Positions 23,036 through 32,738 of a DNA stretch of 64,000 nucleotides are shown piece after piece; the stretch's first letter is position 1, and each line of letters opens with the position of its first letter. This DNA is from Gammaproteobacteria bacterium (lineage in GTDB: Bacteria; Pseudomonadota; Gammaproteobacteria; SZUA-229): positions 28,924 to 92,923 of the forward strand of contig JAOUNI010000001.1 of NCBI GenBank assembly GCA_029881035.1, written 5' to 3'. Both the position numbers and the translations under genes were made by a program. The notes beneath the pieces were generated by a model. It did no database searches, had not been told where the DNA came from, and saw only the letters and a program-made list of their open reading frames with translations.

Positions 23036-26000
23036 ATGAAAGAAAGCGATTCAGAAATATTTACACCCTCCTCAGTGGTAACGCACTCTATTGAATCAAA
23101 TCAAGCAAGAATAAAGTTCTGGACATGGGTAATGATCATCTTCTGGTCATTATCAGTTATCGCCTCATTTTTCTGGAACGATCAACAAGTTCATTCTTTG
23201 ATCATGGAGCAGGCTAGTTCTGAATTAAGAGCCAGCTTTTTCAAGGACTTGACATTTCGTCAATGGGCAACAAAACACGGTGGCGTTTATGTACCTGTCA
23301 CCGAAGAAACCCAGCCTGACCCCTATATCGAATATATGCCTGAACGGGATGTGACCACGCCTTCAGGGCGTGTACTGACATTGATTAATCCTGCGCTCAT
23401 GGTGCGTATGTTTAATGAAATGGCAAAAAAGAATAGTAAAACACAGGGGCATATTAGCAGTTTAAGGCCGCTTAATCCTGGTAACAAACCAGATCCATGG
23501 GAGGCTATAGCGCTTAAAGCATTTGAAAATAAGGGAAAAGAAATTGTTGAAATAACTGAAGTATCAGAAATTGATGGCGATCCCTATTTACGACTGATAC
23601 ATGTGTTAAACATGAATGAACAATGTCTCGTCTGCCATCAACAGCAGGGTTACAAGTTGGGTGATGTTGCAGGTGGCGTGAGCGTGTCTGTGCCATTATT
23701 GGAACTAGAACAGACGACGGATAAAAAAATTGTTCAAATTGGTATAGGGCACTGCGTATTATGGGTTATTGGCATAGCATTTATTTTATTGGGAAGTCGC
23801 AGGTTAATTCTGGGTGATGTTGAGAATAATCAAGCATATATAGCACTAAGAGAGAATGAAACGCGTACGCGCGATATTCTTAGTACCTCACTGGATGCTG
23901 TCATAACTATTGATGAGTATGATGTGATCACTGGTTGGAATCAACAAGCTGAAGCTATTTTTGGGTGGTCGTCAGAGGATGTAATAGGAGAGAAGCTGGC
24001 GAAAATTATCATTCCGCAACGATATCGCAAGCAGCATTTAGAAGGTATTCAGCGATTTATAAAAACAGGTATTGGTAAAGTATTGGGTACACGCATGGAA
24101 ACCATTGCGTTAAGAAAGGATGGCGCAGAGTTTCCAGTAGAACTAACTATAGCGCCCATTGTAATAGAGGGTAGACCTGCGTTTAGTTCATTTATACGTG
24201 ATATAAGTGAACAAAAGAAAGCGGCAGAACAAATTAACAACGACTATCATTCACAACGCGTTATCGCCACGCTGCTCGAAATTTCGACGCATTCAATACC
24301 TTTTAAGGAAAAATTGGAACAGTCGCTGGACGTCATTCTATCCACGCCCTGGCTTACATTACAGGGTGCAGGAATGATATTTGTCGTTGAAAAAGATCAT
24401 GATAATTTAATGATGGTTGCGCAGCGTGGCGTTTCAGAATTCATACAGAATAAATGTAATCGTGTGAAGTTTGGTGAGTGTTTATGTGGAAGATCTGCGC
24501 TATCTCAAGATATCATCTTTATACCATGTCATGAAGAAAGTAATGAGGGTGATAATGAAACAAAAAAACATGGTCATTACTGTGTGCCCATTAAAGCAGG
24601 TGACAAGCTTATGGGGGTCCTCAATCTGTATCTTGATCTTGGCCATAAAGTAAATCAGGATGAATTAAATTATCTTGATTCAATTGCCAATACGTTGGGG
24701 AATATAATTAACCAGAATCAGCATGAGGAGAGACTGGAAAAATACGCCTATTATGATGAGTTGACTAATCTCCCTAATCGAACATTATTTATTGACCGAC
24801 TGGACCAGTGTATAAAACATAAAAATCGTCATCAGTCATATTTATTTTCTGTATTGTTCCTGGATCTTGATCGATTCAAGAATATTAATGATAGCCTTGG
24901 GCATGCTGTAGGTGATCAGGTATTAAATCATGTTGCGGAACGCCTGCAGCATTGTGTACGTCAAATAGATACTGTAGCTCGTCTGGGCGGAGATGAATTC
25001 GCAATTTTACTGGATGATATTGAAGATATTTCTGATGCCTACCATACTGCTATACGAATTCATCAGGAATTAGTCGATCCATTGCAACTGCAGAGGCATG
25101 AGGTTTTTACATCAACTAGCATCGGTATCGTTTCTGGATTAGTTTCATATGATAGCCCTAGTGAGTTATTGCGTGATGCTGATATTGCTATGTATCGAGC
25201 AAAACAGAAAGGTAATGGCCATACAGAAATTTTTGATGAAGAAATGCATGCTTTGGCCGTTAAAACATTAAACATTGAAACTGAATTACGCAGAGCAATA
25301 GAACGGAAGGAGTTTTGTCTATATCTACAGCCAATCATATCAATAAAATATAATCGTATTGTAGGTTTTGAATCATTGTTGCGTTGGAATAACCCGGAGC
25401 GTGGTCTAATATATCCAGATGATTTTATTCCTATTGCCGAGGAGACAGGGCTTATTAATGAAATAGGAATTTGGGCATTGCAGGAGTCGTGCAGGCAGAT
25501 CAAGTTATGGAATGATAAATATCCAGATCATAATTCCCTATATATCAGTGTCAACGTCTCATCTGTTCAGTTTCTCAAGAAAGATCTTATTATTGAAATT
25601 GACAGGTATTTGAAATCCATATCGTTTAATAACAAAAATCTTCGGCTTGAAGTAACTGAAAGTATATTAATGAAGGATCCAGATACCGCAGAACAAATTC
25701 TTCGGGATCTAAATAGTAGAGACATCTTATTGTATCTTGATGATTTTGGTACCGGTTACTCATCATTAAGTTATATTCATAATTATCCTTTTCACACATT
25801 GAAAATCGATCGAAGTTTTATAGCTAAGATGATGACAGGGGAAGAGCATATTGGCATGGTGAAAACTATTATTGCCGTGGCGAAGAATTTTAATATGGAT
25901 ATTATTGCGGAAGGTGTAGAAAACAAGGAGCAATTATTGATGCTGAAGGAATTAGGCTGCTTTAATATTCAGGGATATTATTTTTCCAGGCCGCTAACAG

Positions 26001-26050
26001 TAATGGATGCAGAAAATATGCTGAAAGCACCTTTTTATATTGAAATGTAA
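23036..26050 (+). CDS. Sensor protein: periplasmic DUF3365/Tll0287-like c-type haem domain (CXXCH), TM, PAS, GAF, GGDEF, EAL
   Basis: N-terminal TM then a periplasmic domain with CLVCH haem-c motif, resembling the DUF3365 family. Second TM. PAS (TRDILSTSLDAVITIDE). GAF-like region. GGDEF (RLGGDEFAIL). EAL domain with ESL variant plus conserved DDFGTGYSS, EGVE and QGYYFSRP. Confidence 0.8.
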   Translation: MKESDSEIFTPSSVVTHSIESNQARIKFWTWVMIIFWSLSVIASFFWNDQQVHSLIMEQASSELRASFFKDLTFRQWATKHGGVYVPVTEETQPDPYIEYMPERDVTTPSGRVLTLINPALMVRMFNEMAKKNSKTQGHISSLRPLNPGNKPDPWEAIALKAFENKGKEIVEITEVSEIDGDPYLRLIHVLNMNEQCLVCHQQQGYKLGDVAGGVSVSVPLLELEQTTDKKIVQIGIGHCVLWVIGIAFILLGSRRLILGDVENNQAYIALRENETRTRDILSTSLDAVITIDEYDVITGWNQQAEAIFGWSSEDVIGEKLAKIIIPQRYRKQHLEGIQRFIKTGIGKVLGTRMETIALRKDGAEFPVELTIAPIVIEGRPAFSSFIRDISEQKKAAEQINNDYHSQRVIATLLEISTHSIPFKEKLEQSLDVILSTPWLTLQGAGMIFVVEKDHDNLMMVAQRGVSEFIQNKCNRVKFGECLCGRSALSQDIIFIPCHEESNEGDNETKKHGHYCVPIKAGDKLMGVLNLYLDLGHKVNQDELNYLDSIANTLGNIINQNQHEERLEKYAYYDELTNLPNRTLFIDRLDQCIKHKNRHQSYLFSVLFLDLDRFKNINDSLGHAVGDQVLNHVAERLQHCVRQIDTVARLGGDEFAILLDDIEDISDAYHTAIRIHQELVDPLQLQRHEVFTSTSIGIVSGLVSYDSPSELLRDADIAMYRAKQKGNGHTEIFDEEMHALAVKTLNIETELRRAIERKEFCLYLQPIISIKYNRIVGFESLLRWNNPERGLIYPDDFIPIAEETGLINEIGIWALQESCRQIKLWNDKYPDHNSLYISVNVSSVQFLKKDLIIEIDRYLKSISFNNKNLRLEVTESILMKDPDTAEQILRDLNSRDILLYLDDFGTGYSSLSYIHNYPFHTLKIDRSFIAKMMTGEEHIGMVKTIIAVAKNFNMDIIAEGVENKEQLLMLKELGCFNIQGYYFSRPLTVMDAENMLKAPFYIEM

Positions 26051-26126
26051 ATATAAGTACTTTAGGAGCGTCAGTCATAATTAAATCACGTGCCTGATTA
26101 ATATTTTTTTATGTTATAAGTAAAGA

Positions 26127-27578
26127 TTAAATGCTTTTATTGATGCTGATTGGCATTTCGTCAGGCATGGAGTCTTCAAAAAAACAGTATCCATTTCGAC
26201 CTGATTGTTTGACCTTGTACATGGCTGCATCAGCATGATTAATTAATTGAGGAAGATCACACTTATGATCGGGATAATAGGCGATGCCAATACTGACGCC
26301 TAACTGTAGTTGTTGTGTTAAATAATTAAAGGGCTGTGAGATTGCAGTTATACATTTTTGTGCAACTATTGCTGCATTGTCTCGTGACTTTATATTGGTC
26401 AGAATTATGCCGAATTCATCACCACCCAGGCGAGCTACAGTATCAATGGCACGTAGATTTATTAGCAGGATCTCAGAGACAGATTTTAGGATAAAGTCGC
26501 CAGCTTCATGTCCATGAGTATCATTGATGGGCTTAAATTTATCCAGGTCGAGATAGAGTACGCAGAATGCACTATCATTGCGGTTATATTGTGCAAGTGC
26601 AGCCTCGAGACGATCAATAAACAGGCTTCGATTGGGTAGTCCTGTAAGAGAATCATGCAGAGCAAGATAGGAAAGTTTTTCGCATTCCATATATTGCAAA
26701 GTTTCGTCTACACCTGTTGCAATTAATCGATTCCTGGAGTCATCATGTATAACGTTGAATGACCATTCAATAATCGTCTTTTCATGATTGATTTCACAGT
26801 TGCTGATGCAGTTATGAATTTTTAGATGTGCAATATCTAGAGCGGGCGCTAATTTTTTATTATCTTTGAGCAAATTCTTCAGAGGTATGCCTTCACAGTA
26901 AATTGGGAAGAATTCCCATAAAAATCGGCCAGTCGCAGGCATGTTATTGTCAGGGAAATAGCGCTGACAGGCATTATTGGCTAATACTATCTGTCCGTTC
27001 TCCTCAAGTACGATAACCATACTGCCCGTACTATCCATGACAACAGAAAAAAATTCTTTTTCTGTATTTGCCTGCTTCATGGCTTGCATTATTCTACTAC
27101 GGAAAAAAATGATCACTAATGTGCCAATAATAAGTACGGTGAATAATGTCAGTAATATATTGTTGATTAGTGCCTGGTTTAAATCATGTTTTAACTGACT
27201 ATCGTCTAGTATCAGATTGACGGTACCAAGATGTTCATTGTTATAGGTAATTATTTTTGAATATTGACGGACATTTGTTACGCTAGATTGCCCTGTCTCA
27301 ATATTTATATCACCGCTAATAGTTTTTATAGATGCATGAATAATGTCTTCACGTTTGGTCGTATCATTAAGCAGCTTTGTTAGCAATTCATATTCATAGT
27401 GGCTGATATAATATCCACTCAAATTTGTGATGTCATCAAGATGGTTATGTGCAGTTGAGTCAAATGCACTTTTAAGCTGGCTGGTATTATTTTGATAGAG
27501 CCAGTAATTGGTTGCGCCAACAACCAGGAGTAAGATTGTACACAGGTAAAGGACAAAGTGAGAAGTTAGATTTTTCAC
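26127..27578 (-). CDS. Membrane-anchored sensor diguanylate cyclase (periplasmic domain, PAS, GGDEF)
   Basis: Two TM segments flank a periplasmic domain of about 120 aa. PAS-like segment. GGDEF active site RLGGDEFGIIL. 19 nt downstream of the PstS-like gene on the same strand. Confidence 0.85.
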   Translation of the reverse strand: MKNLTSHFVLYLCTILLLVVGATNYWLYQNNTSQLKSAFDSTAHNHLDDITNLSGYYISHYEYELLTKLLNDTTKREDIIHASIKTISGDINIETGQSSVTNVRQYSKIITYNNEHLGTVNLILDDSQLKHDLNQALINNILLTLFTVLIIGTLVIIFFRSRIMQAMKQANTEKEFFSVVMDSTGSMVIVLEENGQIVLANNACQRYFPDNNMPATGRFLWEFFPIYCEGIPLKNLLKDNKKLAPALDIAHLKIHNCISNCEINHEKTIIEWSFNVIHDDSRNRLIATGVDETLQYMECEKLSYLALHDSLTGLPNRSLFIDRLEAALAQYNRNDSAFCVLYLDLDKFKPINDTHGHEAGDFILKSVSEILLINLRAIDTVARLGGDEFGIILTNIKSRDNAAIVAQKCITAISQPFNYLTQQLQLGVSIGIAYYPDHKCDLPQLINHADAAMYKVKQSGRNGYCFFEDSMPDEMPISINKSI

Positions 27579-27599
27579 GCCAATACTCCTGGGTAGATA

Positions 27600-28397
27600 T
27601 TAATTAGTTTCTGCGGGCAAAAAACCATTTTTTCTCACAATATCTGTCCATGTTTCACTTTTAGCAAATATTCTCGCCGATTCTACCAGCGTATGCGAAG
27701 CATTATTCGCATCATACACCAGGCCAAGATTAATACCTGCTTCAAAGCCTTCCACGGTTAGATGGTACTGCTCATCAAAATTAGAGATGGCACCAAAAGC
27801 AAGTGCATAATCACCATCGTTTGATTTAATAAAGTTGACAACCTGATGATCACGAGTCAATTTTTTATCATAATTGGCGTGTGTGAAAAAAGGGTATGTC
27901 TTTGTTAATACATTAAGAGCGGCCTCAGTATCTTCACGGCCGACCAGGGTAATTTTATGATCAGCTCCACCTAATTGATTCCAGTTGGTGATTTTTTGGG
28001 TAAAAATTTTTTCAAGCTGCTCAAGTGTTATTTTCTTTATTCTCGTCTGATTACCACTAACCATAGTTAAGGGTATGCGAGCAAGAAAGAGTTCTCTTTT
28101 ATTTAGTGCTTTTTCTTTTTGATTAAGTGGGCGCCCGGTACGTCCAAATAGATATTTATCTGACGCCGTGATACCGCCAGCGTGTTTAATTGAGCGTTGC
28201 TCAACCTTGAAAGTGTATTGTTTTGTGGGAATTATTTCTGAGAAGTGTTTAAAGAAAAGCGTCACCACTGCAGTCGATGGGCCGGCACCCATGACAATTT
28301 GGTTCTCAGTGGCAGAAGCTATATTGCTAAATATAAAAGTTAGGAAAATAACAATGCTACGTAGTGAAATAGCACAAATTTGATTCATATTGGGCAC
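27600..28397 (-). CDS. PstS-like periplasmic substrate-binding protein (PBP superfamily), operonic with the sensor GGDEF
   Basis: Signal peptide. ITLEQLEKIFTQKITNWNQLGG matches the PstS-family motif. No ABC permease or ATPase genes adjacent. Confidence 0.7.
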   Translation of the reverse strand: MPNMNQICAISLRSIVIFLTFIFSNIASATENQIVMGAGPSTAVVTLFFKHFSEIIPTKQYTFKVEQRSIKHAGGITASDKYLFGRTGRPLNQKEKALNKRELFLARIPLTMVSGNQTRIKKITLEQLEKIFTQKITNWNQLGGADHKITLVGREDTEAALNVLTKTYPFFTHANYDKKLTRDHQVVNFIKSNDGDYALAFGAISNFDEQYHLTVEGFEAGINLGLVYDANNASHTLVESARIFAKSETWTDIVRKNGFLPAETN

Positions 28398-28497
28398 AGC
28401 AAAAACATTGTATTGAGGTGGTTAATCTGGCGAGGATGGTGCCGCTGGTTTTCTTTCATAGTTTTAGTATTTTTAAGTATTAAATGACGTCTCTAAA

Positions 28498-28509
28498 TGA
28501 CAATTGTCA
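28498..28509. promoter_or_regulatory. Perfect 12-bp palindrome TGACAATTGTCA in the divergent intergenic region (candidate regulator binding site)
   Basis: Seen directly. Surrounded by five TTAAATG repeats in the AT-rich region 28398-28701 between the PstS-like/GGDEF operon and mobB. Confidence 0.3.
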
Positions 28510-28701
28510 GTTAAATACCTTTCATTCAGTAGTGATATGTAGATTATAAGATAAACCATGTATTGTCTACGGTTAAATGTTGAATGTTACGGATTGTTTA
28601 CGTTGGACTGGTTTAAATGTGTGACAAGATCTTAATAAATAGATCAATGTTTTAGTCTATATATGATTAATGCTAGAAGCGATTATCGATATTGGGGCGC
28701 T

Positions 28702-29217
28702 ATGAATAAGAAACATAAGCCAGTACTGGGTTTTGCAGCCTATAGTGGGACAGGAAAAACAACACTGATAATTAGTTTGTTGCCAATATTGCAGGACAAA
28801 GGATTGAACGTGGCCATGATCAAACATGCCCATCATGATTTTGATATTGATATGCCAGGTAAAGACAGTTATAAATTACGTAAGGCGGGTGCCAGTCAGG
28901 TATTGATAGCTTCAAATTACCGACGTGCATTGATAACAGAAACACCAGAGGGTGAAGAGCCTAAGCTAGAAAATCTAATTAGTGATCTGGATCTTGAGCA
29001 GGTTGATCTGGTATTGGTTGAAGGCTTCCGGCACCTCCCTTTTCCAAAAATAGAATTACATCGGCCATCAACTGAAAAAGAATTAATCTATATTGATGAT
29101 GGTAATGTAATTGCAATAGCCTCAGATGAACATATTTCGACCGGAAATTTACCATTACTTAATTTAAATAATCCGCAGGAAATTGCTGATTTTATACAGA
29201 ACTGGCTGATGGAGTAG
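28702..29217 (+). CDS. mobB: Molybdopterin-guanine dinucleotide biosynthesis adapter protein MobB
   Basis: VLGFAAYSGTGKTTLI Walker A. Collinear with E. coli MobB (IKHAHHDFDIDMPGKDSYKLRKAGA). No mobA adjacent. Confidence 0.85.
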   Translation: MNKKHKPVLGFAAYSGTGKTTLIISLLPILQDKGLNVAMIKHAHHDFDIDMPGKDSYKLRKAGASQVLIASNYRRALITETPEGEEPKLENLISDLDLEQVDLVLVEGFRHLPFPKIELHRPSTEKELIYIDDGNVIAIASDEHISTGNLPLLNLNNPQEIADFIQNWLME

Positions 29218-29359
29218 TCAGAATGATATTCAGTTATAAGTCGGTAAAAAGATTATGGTGCTGAGCTTGTATTGTTTCTATGTAAAGTGACATATGTCGA
29301 TGATGTTTTTAAAAATCCTGCTATTCTAGCCTTATTACCATATAAAAATAGCGTCATTC

Positions 29360-32146
29360 ATGAAGTTTTATCTATCAATAAAAAATGCCTGGTACGGCCT
29401 GATTTTGCTCGTGGTATTTCTGCCTTTCTTGACGTTGCTAACGTGGGGTAGTTTAGTATTTCATGATGTTCTGTTAGAGCGGTCACTGCAGCAGGAAAAG
29501 GTGTTGCAGGAGATGATTCATAATAACGTGCAGCAAGAAATCGTGCGTTTAACTACCATGCTGGAGAACAAAAGTGATCCCATGGCCTATACCTTGACAC
29601 ATAATTATGATCAGGTGTTATTGTACGAGTTGCTGAAGAAAGTATTAAGTCGAGAACCTGCCATTCATATTTTATTATTATTAAAACCTGATGGAGAGAT
29701 TATTACAGGACGTGAAATTTATGATGTAGGTCAATCTGATATGTCGTCAATGCAACAGCATTGGAACAGCGCATCTCCCATGAGTAAACAGGAACTGCTT
29801 TTTCTCGGGCAGGGGAAAAACTATTTTGGTGCTTCGGGCCATCACCAAGAAGGAGTTTTTTTAACTATTGCAGTGCCTGTAGGTAAAACAGGGGATGAGC
29901 CGATAGCTATACTGATGGCTGAGGTTGATGTCAATATTTTATGGAGTGGTATTAATAAGGACCTAATTAGAGAAGGAATGATTTCATATATTGTTGATGC
30001 TAACGGTCGAGTGCTTGTGGCGCCCGAAGAAAGCCTGATTAATATGGATGAGGATGCCGGTGATCTAGCGTTGGTGAGCGCAATTGTAAATAAGCAAAAA
30101 TGGTCTTCGAGCCAGAGGTATGAGGGAATACAGGGCAAAAAAGTATTTGGCTCATTTTTGACAATTGAAAGTATTGGCTGGCATATTGTAACTGAGATAG
30201 AACAGGAGAGCATTTTATGGCCAATCAAAGAACTAATCTATAAGCTGTCATTAATTAGCGCCGCTATAGTTGTTTTTTTTCTGATATTAGGTATGCATCT
30301 GGTCAAACGAGTTGTTAATACTGTTCAGCTAATTTCAAAAGATTTTAATCGAATCGAAAATCAGGATTTCTCACCATCAAAGATATCTTCACCACTTAAA
30401 GAGCTGGATATAATGGTGAATGGTTTCAATAGGATGATAAAGGAGATTGCACGTAGACAGCAGGGACTTAATCAGGCGGCTATAGTTTTTGAAAATACAT
30501 CCGAGGGCATATTTATAACAAACGCTGAGCCTCGAATTGTCAGTATCAATAATGCATTTACAGATATTACCGGATATGTTGAAGATGAGGTTGTTGGTAA
30601 AAATCCATCAATATTACAGTCAGGAAAGCAGGACGAGGATTTTTATAAGCGAATGTGGCAATCGATAGAAGATAATGGGTATTGGCAGGGTGAATTACAA
30701 AATCGGCGTAAAAATGGAGAAATTTATACAGAATTGCTTAGTATAAATAGTTTTAAAGATGTAAAGGGTAAAGTTGTTCAGTACATTGGTGTGTTTACGG
30801 ATATAAGTAATATTAAGGAGTCTGAACATAGGCTTGAATATCTAGCTCATCATGATCCACTAACAGACCTGCCAAATCGATTAATGTGTCAGGCGCGAAT
30901 GGAGCATGAATTACAATCTGCAAAACGTCATGAACATCAGGTTGCCGTTATGTTTATTGATCTTGATATGTTTAAAAATATTAATGATTCACTGGGGCAT
31001 GCTTTTGGCGATCAATTATTGAAAGAAGTAACGGCACGAATGAATTCACATCTAAGAGATGACGATACCATTGCACGACTTGGTGGGGATGAGTTTGTTT
31101 TGATAATTGGGGCGCTCACTAATAAGCATGATGTGGAGCGCTTTGCAGAAAATGTACTGGAGCAATTTTCAAGGCCATTTGTCATCAATGATAATGAGAT
31201 ATTTATTGGCGCCAGTATCGGCATCAGTATCTTTCCAAAGGATGGCGGAGATGTAGACTCATTGTTACGAAATGCCGATGCGGCTATGTACAAGGCAAAG
31301 GCAAAAGGCCGAAATAATTACCAGTTTTATACTACAGATTTAACCAGCAATGCCTATGAGCGTATGAGTATGGAAACTTATCTGCGCCATGCATTAGATA
31401 AAAATGAACTGGTTCTGTATTATCAACCGCAATATTCATTAACTACAGGGCAGATTGTTGCAGCTGAAGCATTAATTCGCTGGCAACATCCGGAACAGGG
31501 TTTAATTTATCCTGATCAATTTATTGCTATTGCAGAAGAGTCAGGCCTAATTGTGCCTATAAGTGAATGGGTGATAGAGGAGGCATGTAGCCAGCTTATT
31601 AAATGGCAGAAGGCTGGTTGTTATCCGTTACGAATGGCGGTTAATTTATCAGCACGCCAATTCTGGAAACCTGGTCTGGCAAAAATGGTCAAGAATGTAT
31701 TAGCAAAAACAGGTGTAGAAGCTAGTAGACTGGATCTTGAATTAACTGAAAGTATTATTATGCGTGATACAAGAATTACTGAGGAAACGCTCAATGAGTT
31801 TCATGATATGGGTGTTGAGCTTTCGATTGATGATTTTGGTACGGGATATTCGTCTCTTAGTTATCTCAAGCGGTTTCCCATTAACAGGCTGAAAATTGAT
31901 AAAAGTTTTGTGAGTGATATTACTATTGAACGGAATGGCGACGATATGATTAATTCTATTATTGCTATGGGTCATTGTATGGGACTTCAGGTGCTTGCTG
32001 AGGGTGTTGAAACTGAAGAACAATTAATTTATCTGAAAGAACATGGTTGTGATGAGGTGCAGGGATATTATTATAGCAAGCCTGTTACAGCAGATGAATT
32101 TGTAACATTGTATGAAAATATGCGTAATATGATCAGTGTTGCATGA
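29360..32146 (+). CDS. Sensor protein: periplasmic Cache-like domain, HAMP, PAS, GGDEF, EAL
   Basis: TM, a periplasmic domain of about 250 aa, TM, then HAMP. PAS (AAIVFENTSEGIFITN). GGDEF (RLGGDEFVLI). Canonical EAL (EALIRW, DDFGTGYSSLSYL, EGVETEEQ, QGYYYSKP). Confidence 0.85.
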   Translation: MKFYLSIKNAWYGLILLVVFLPFLTLLTWGSLVFHDVLLERSLQQEKVLQEMIHNNVQQEIVRLTTMLENKSDPMAYTLTHNYDQVLLYELLKKVLSREPAIHILLLLKPDGEIITGREIYDVGQSDMSSMQQHWNSASPMSKQELLFLGQGKNYFGASGHHQEGVFLTIAVPVGKTGDEPIAILMAEVDVNILWSGINKDLIREGMISYIVDANGRVLVAPEESLINMDEDAGDLALVSAIVNKQKWSSSQRYEGIQGKKVFGSFLTIESIGWHIVTEIEQESILWPIKELIYKLSLISAAIVVFFLILGMHLVKRVVNTVQLISKDFNRIENQDFSPSKISSPLKELDIMVNGFNRMIKEIARRQQGLNQAAIVFENTSEGIFITNAEPRIVSINNAFTDITGYVEDEVVGKNPSILQSGKQDEDFYKRMWQSIEDNGYWQGELQNRRKNGEIYTELLSINSFKDVKGKVVQYIGVFTDISNIKESEHRLEYLAHHDPLTDLPNRLMCQARMEHELQSAKRHEHQVAVMFIDLDMFKNINDSLGHAFGDQLLKEVTARMNSHLRDDDTIARLGGDEFVLIIGALTNKHDVERFAENVLEQFSRPFVINDNEIFIGASIGISIFPKDGGDVDSLLRNADAAMYKAKAKGRNNYQFYTTDLTSNAYERMSMETYLRHALDKNELVLYYQPQYSLTTGQIVAAEALIRWQHPEQGLIYPDQFIAIAEESGLIVPISEWVIEEACSQLIKWQKAGCYPLRMAVNLSARQFWKPGLAKMVKNVLAKTGVEASRLDLELTESIIMRDTRITEETLNEFHDMGVELSIDDFGTGYSSLSYLKRFPINRLKIDKSFVSDITIERNGDDMINSIIAMGHCMGLQVLAEGVETEEQLIYLKEHGCDEVQGYYYSKPVTADEFVTLYENMRNMISVA

Positions 32147-32264
32147 AGAACGTAATGACTGCTGTTTTCAATAATAGGCCTCATTTTTAGTGTAGATAGA
32201 TCTGCAGTAAAACAGCTAAAATAATCCATATTTTTTATATATAAATTTAGATGAGAACACGTTA

Positions 32265-32651
32265 ATGAGCAGAGAAATTATATCAAGCGACGATGCTCCT
32301 AAGGCCATCGGCACCTATTCACAGGCCGTCAAGGTTGGAACTACCGTTTATATGTCAGGACAGATTCCACTGGTGCCTGAAACTATGGAAATGATTGAGG
32401 GTGATATTGAGGCGCAGATTCGTCAGGTGTTTGATAATCTACAGGCAGTGGCCAGGGCGGCAGGTGGTGATTTGTCTGATATCGTCAAACTTAATATTTT
32501 TCTGATGGATCTGAGCAACTTTGCAGTCGTTAATAAAGTAATGTCTGAGTATTTCTCTGAACCCTATCCTGCGCGTGCGGCAATTGGTGTGGCCGCTCTG
32601 CCAAGAGATGCCGGTGTTGAAATGGATGCGGTAATAGAATTAGGCAATTAG
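32265..32651 (+). CDS. ridA: RidA/YjgF family reactive intermediate deaminase
   Basis: [26 protein letters not shown] is a canonical RidA N-terminus. Upstream of recG, as in Pseudomonas spoT-ridA-recG neighbourhoods. Confidence 0.9.
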   Translation: MSREIISSDDAPKAIGTYSQAVKVGTTVYMSGQIPLVPETMEMIEGDIEAQIRQVFDNLQAVARAAGGDLSDIVKLNIFLMDLSNFAVVNKVMSEYFSEPYPARAAIGVAALPRDAGVEMDAVIELGN

Positions 32652-32738
32652 TATATTAAATTTGAATTCATGTCCGTCATGGCTGAAATGCTACATGGCA
32701 GATTTATAAAACCATGAACCTGGATAGAATTATAAACC

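Noticed and set aside
24049-26050. ESL instead of EAL in the first sensor, suggesting a degenerate phosphodiesterase
   Set aside because: The catalytic Glu and the other conserved EAL-domain motifs (DDFGTGYSS, EGVE, QGYYF) are present. I cannot call it inactive from sequence.
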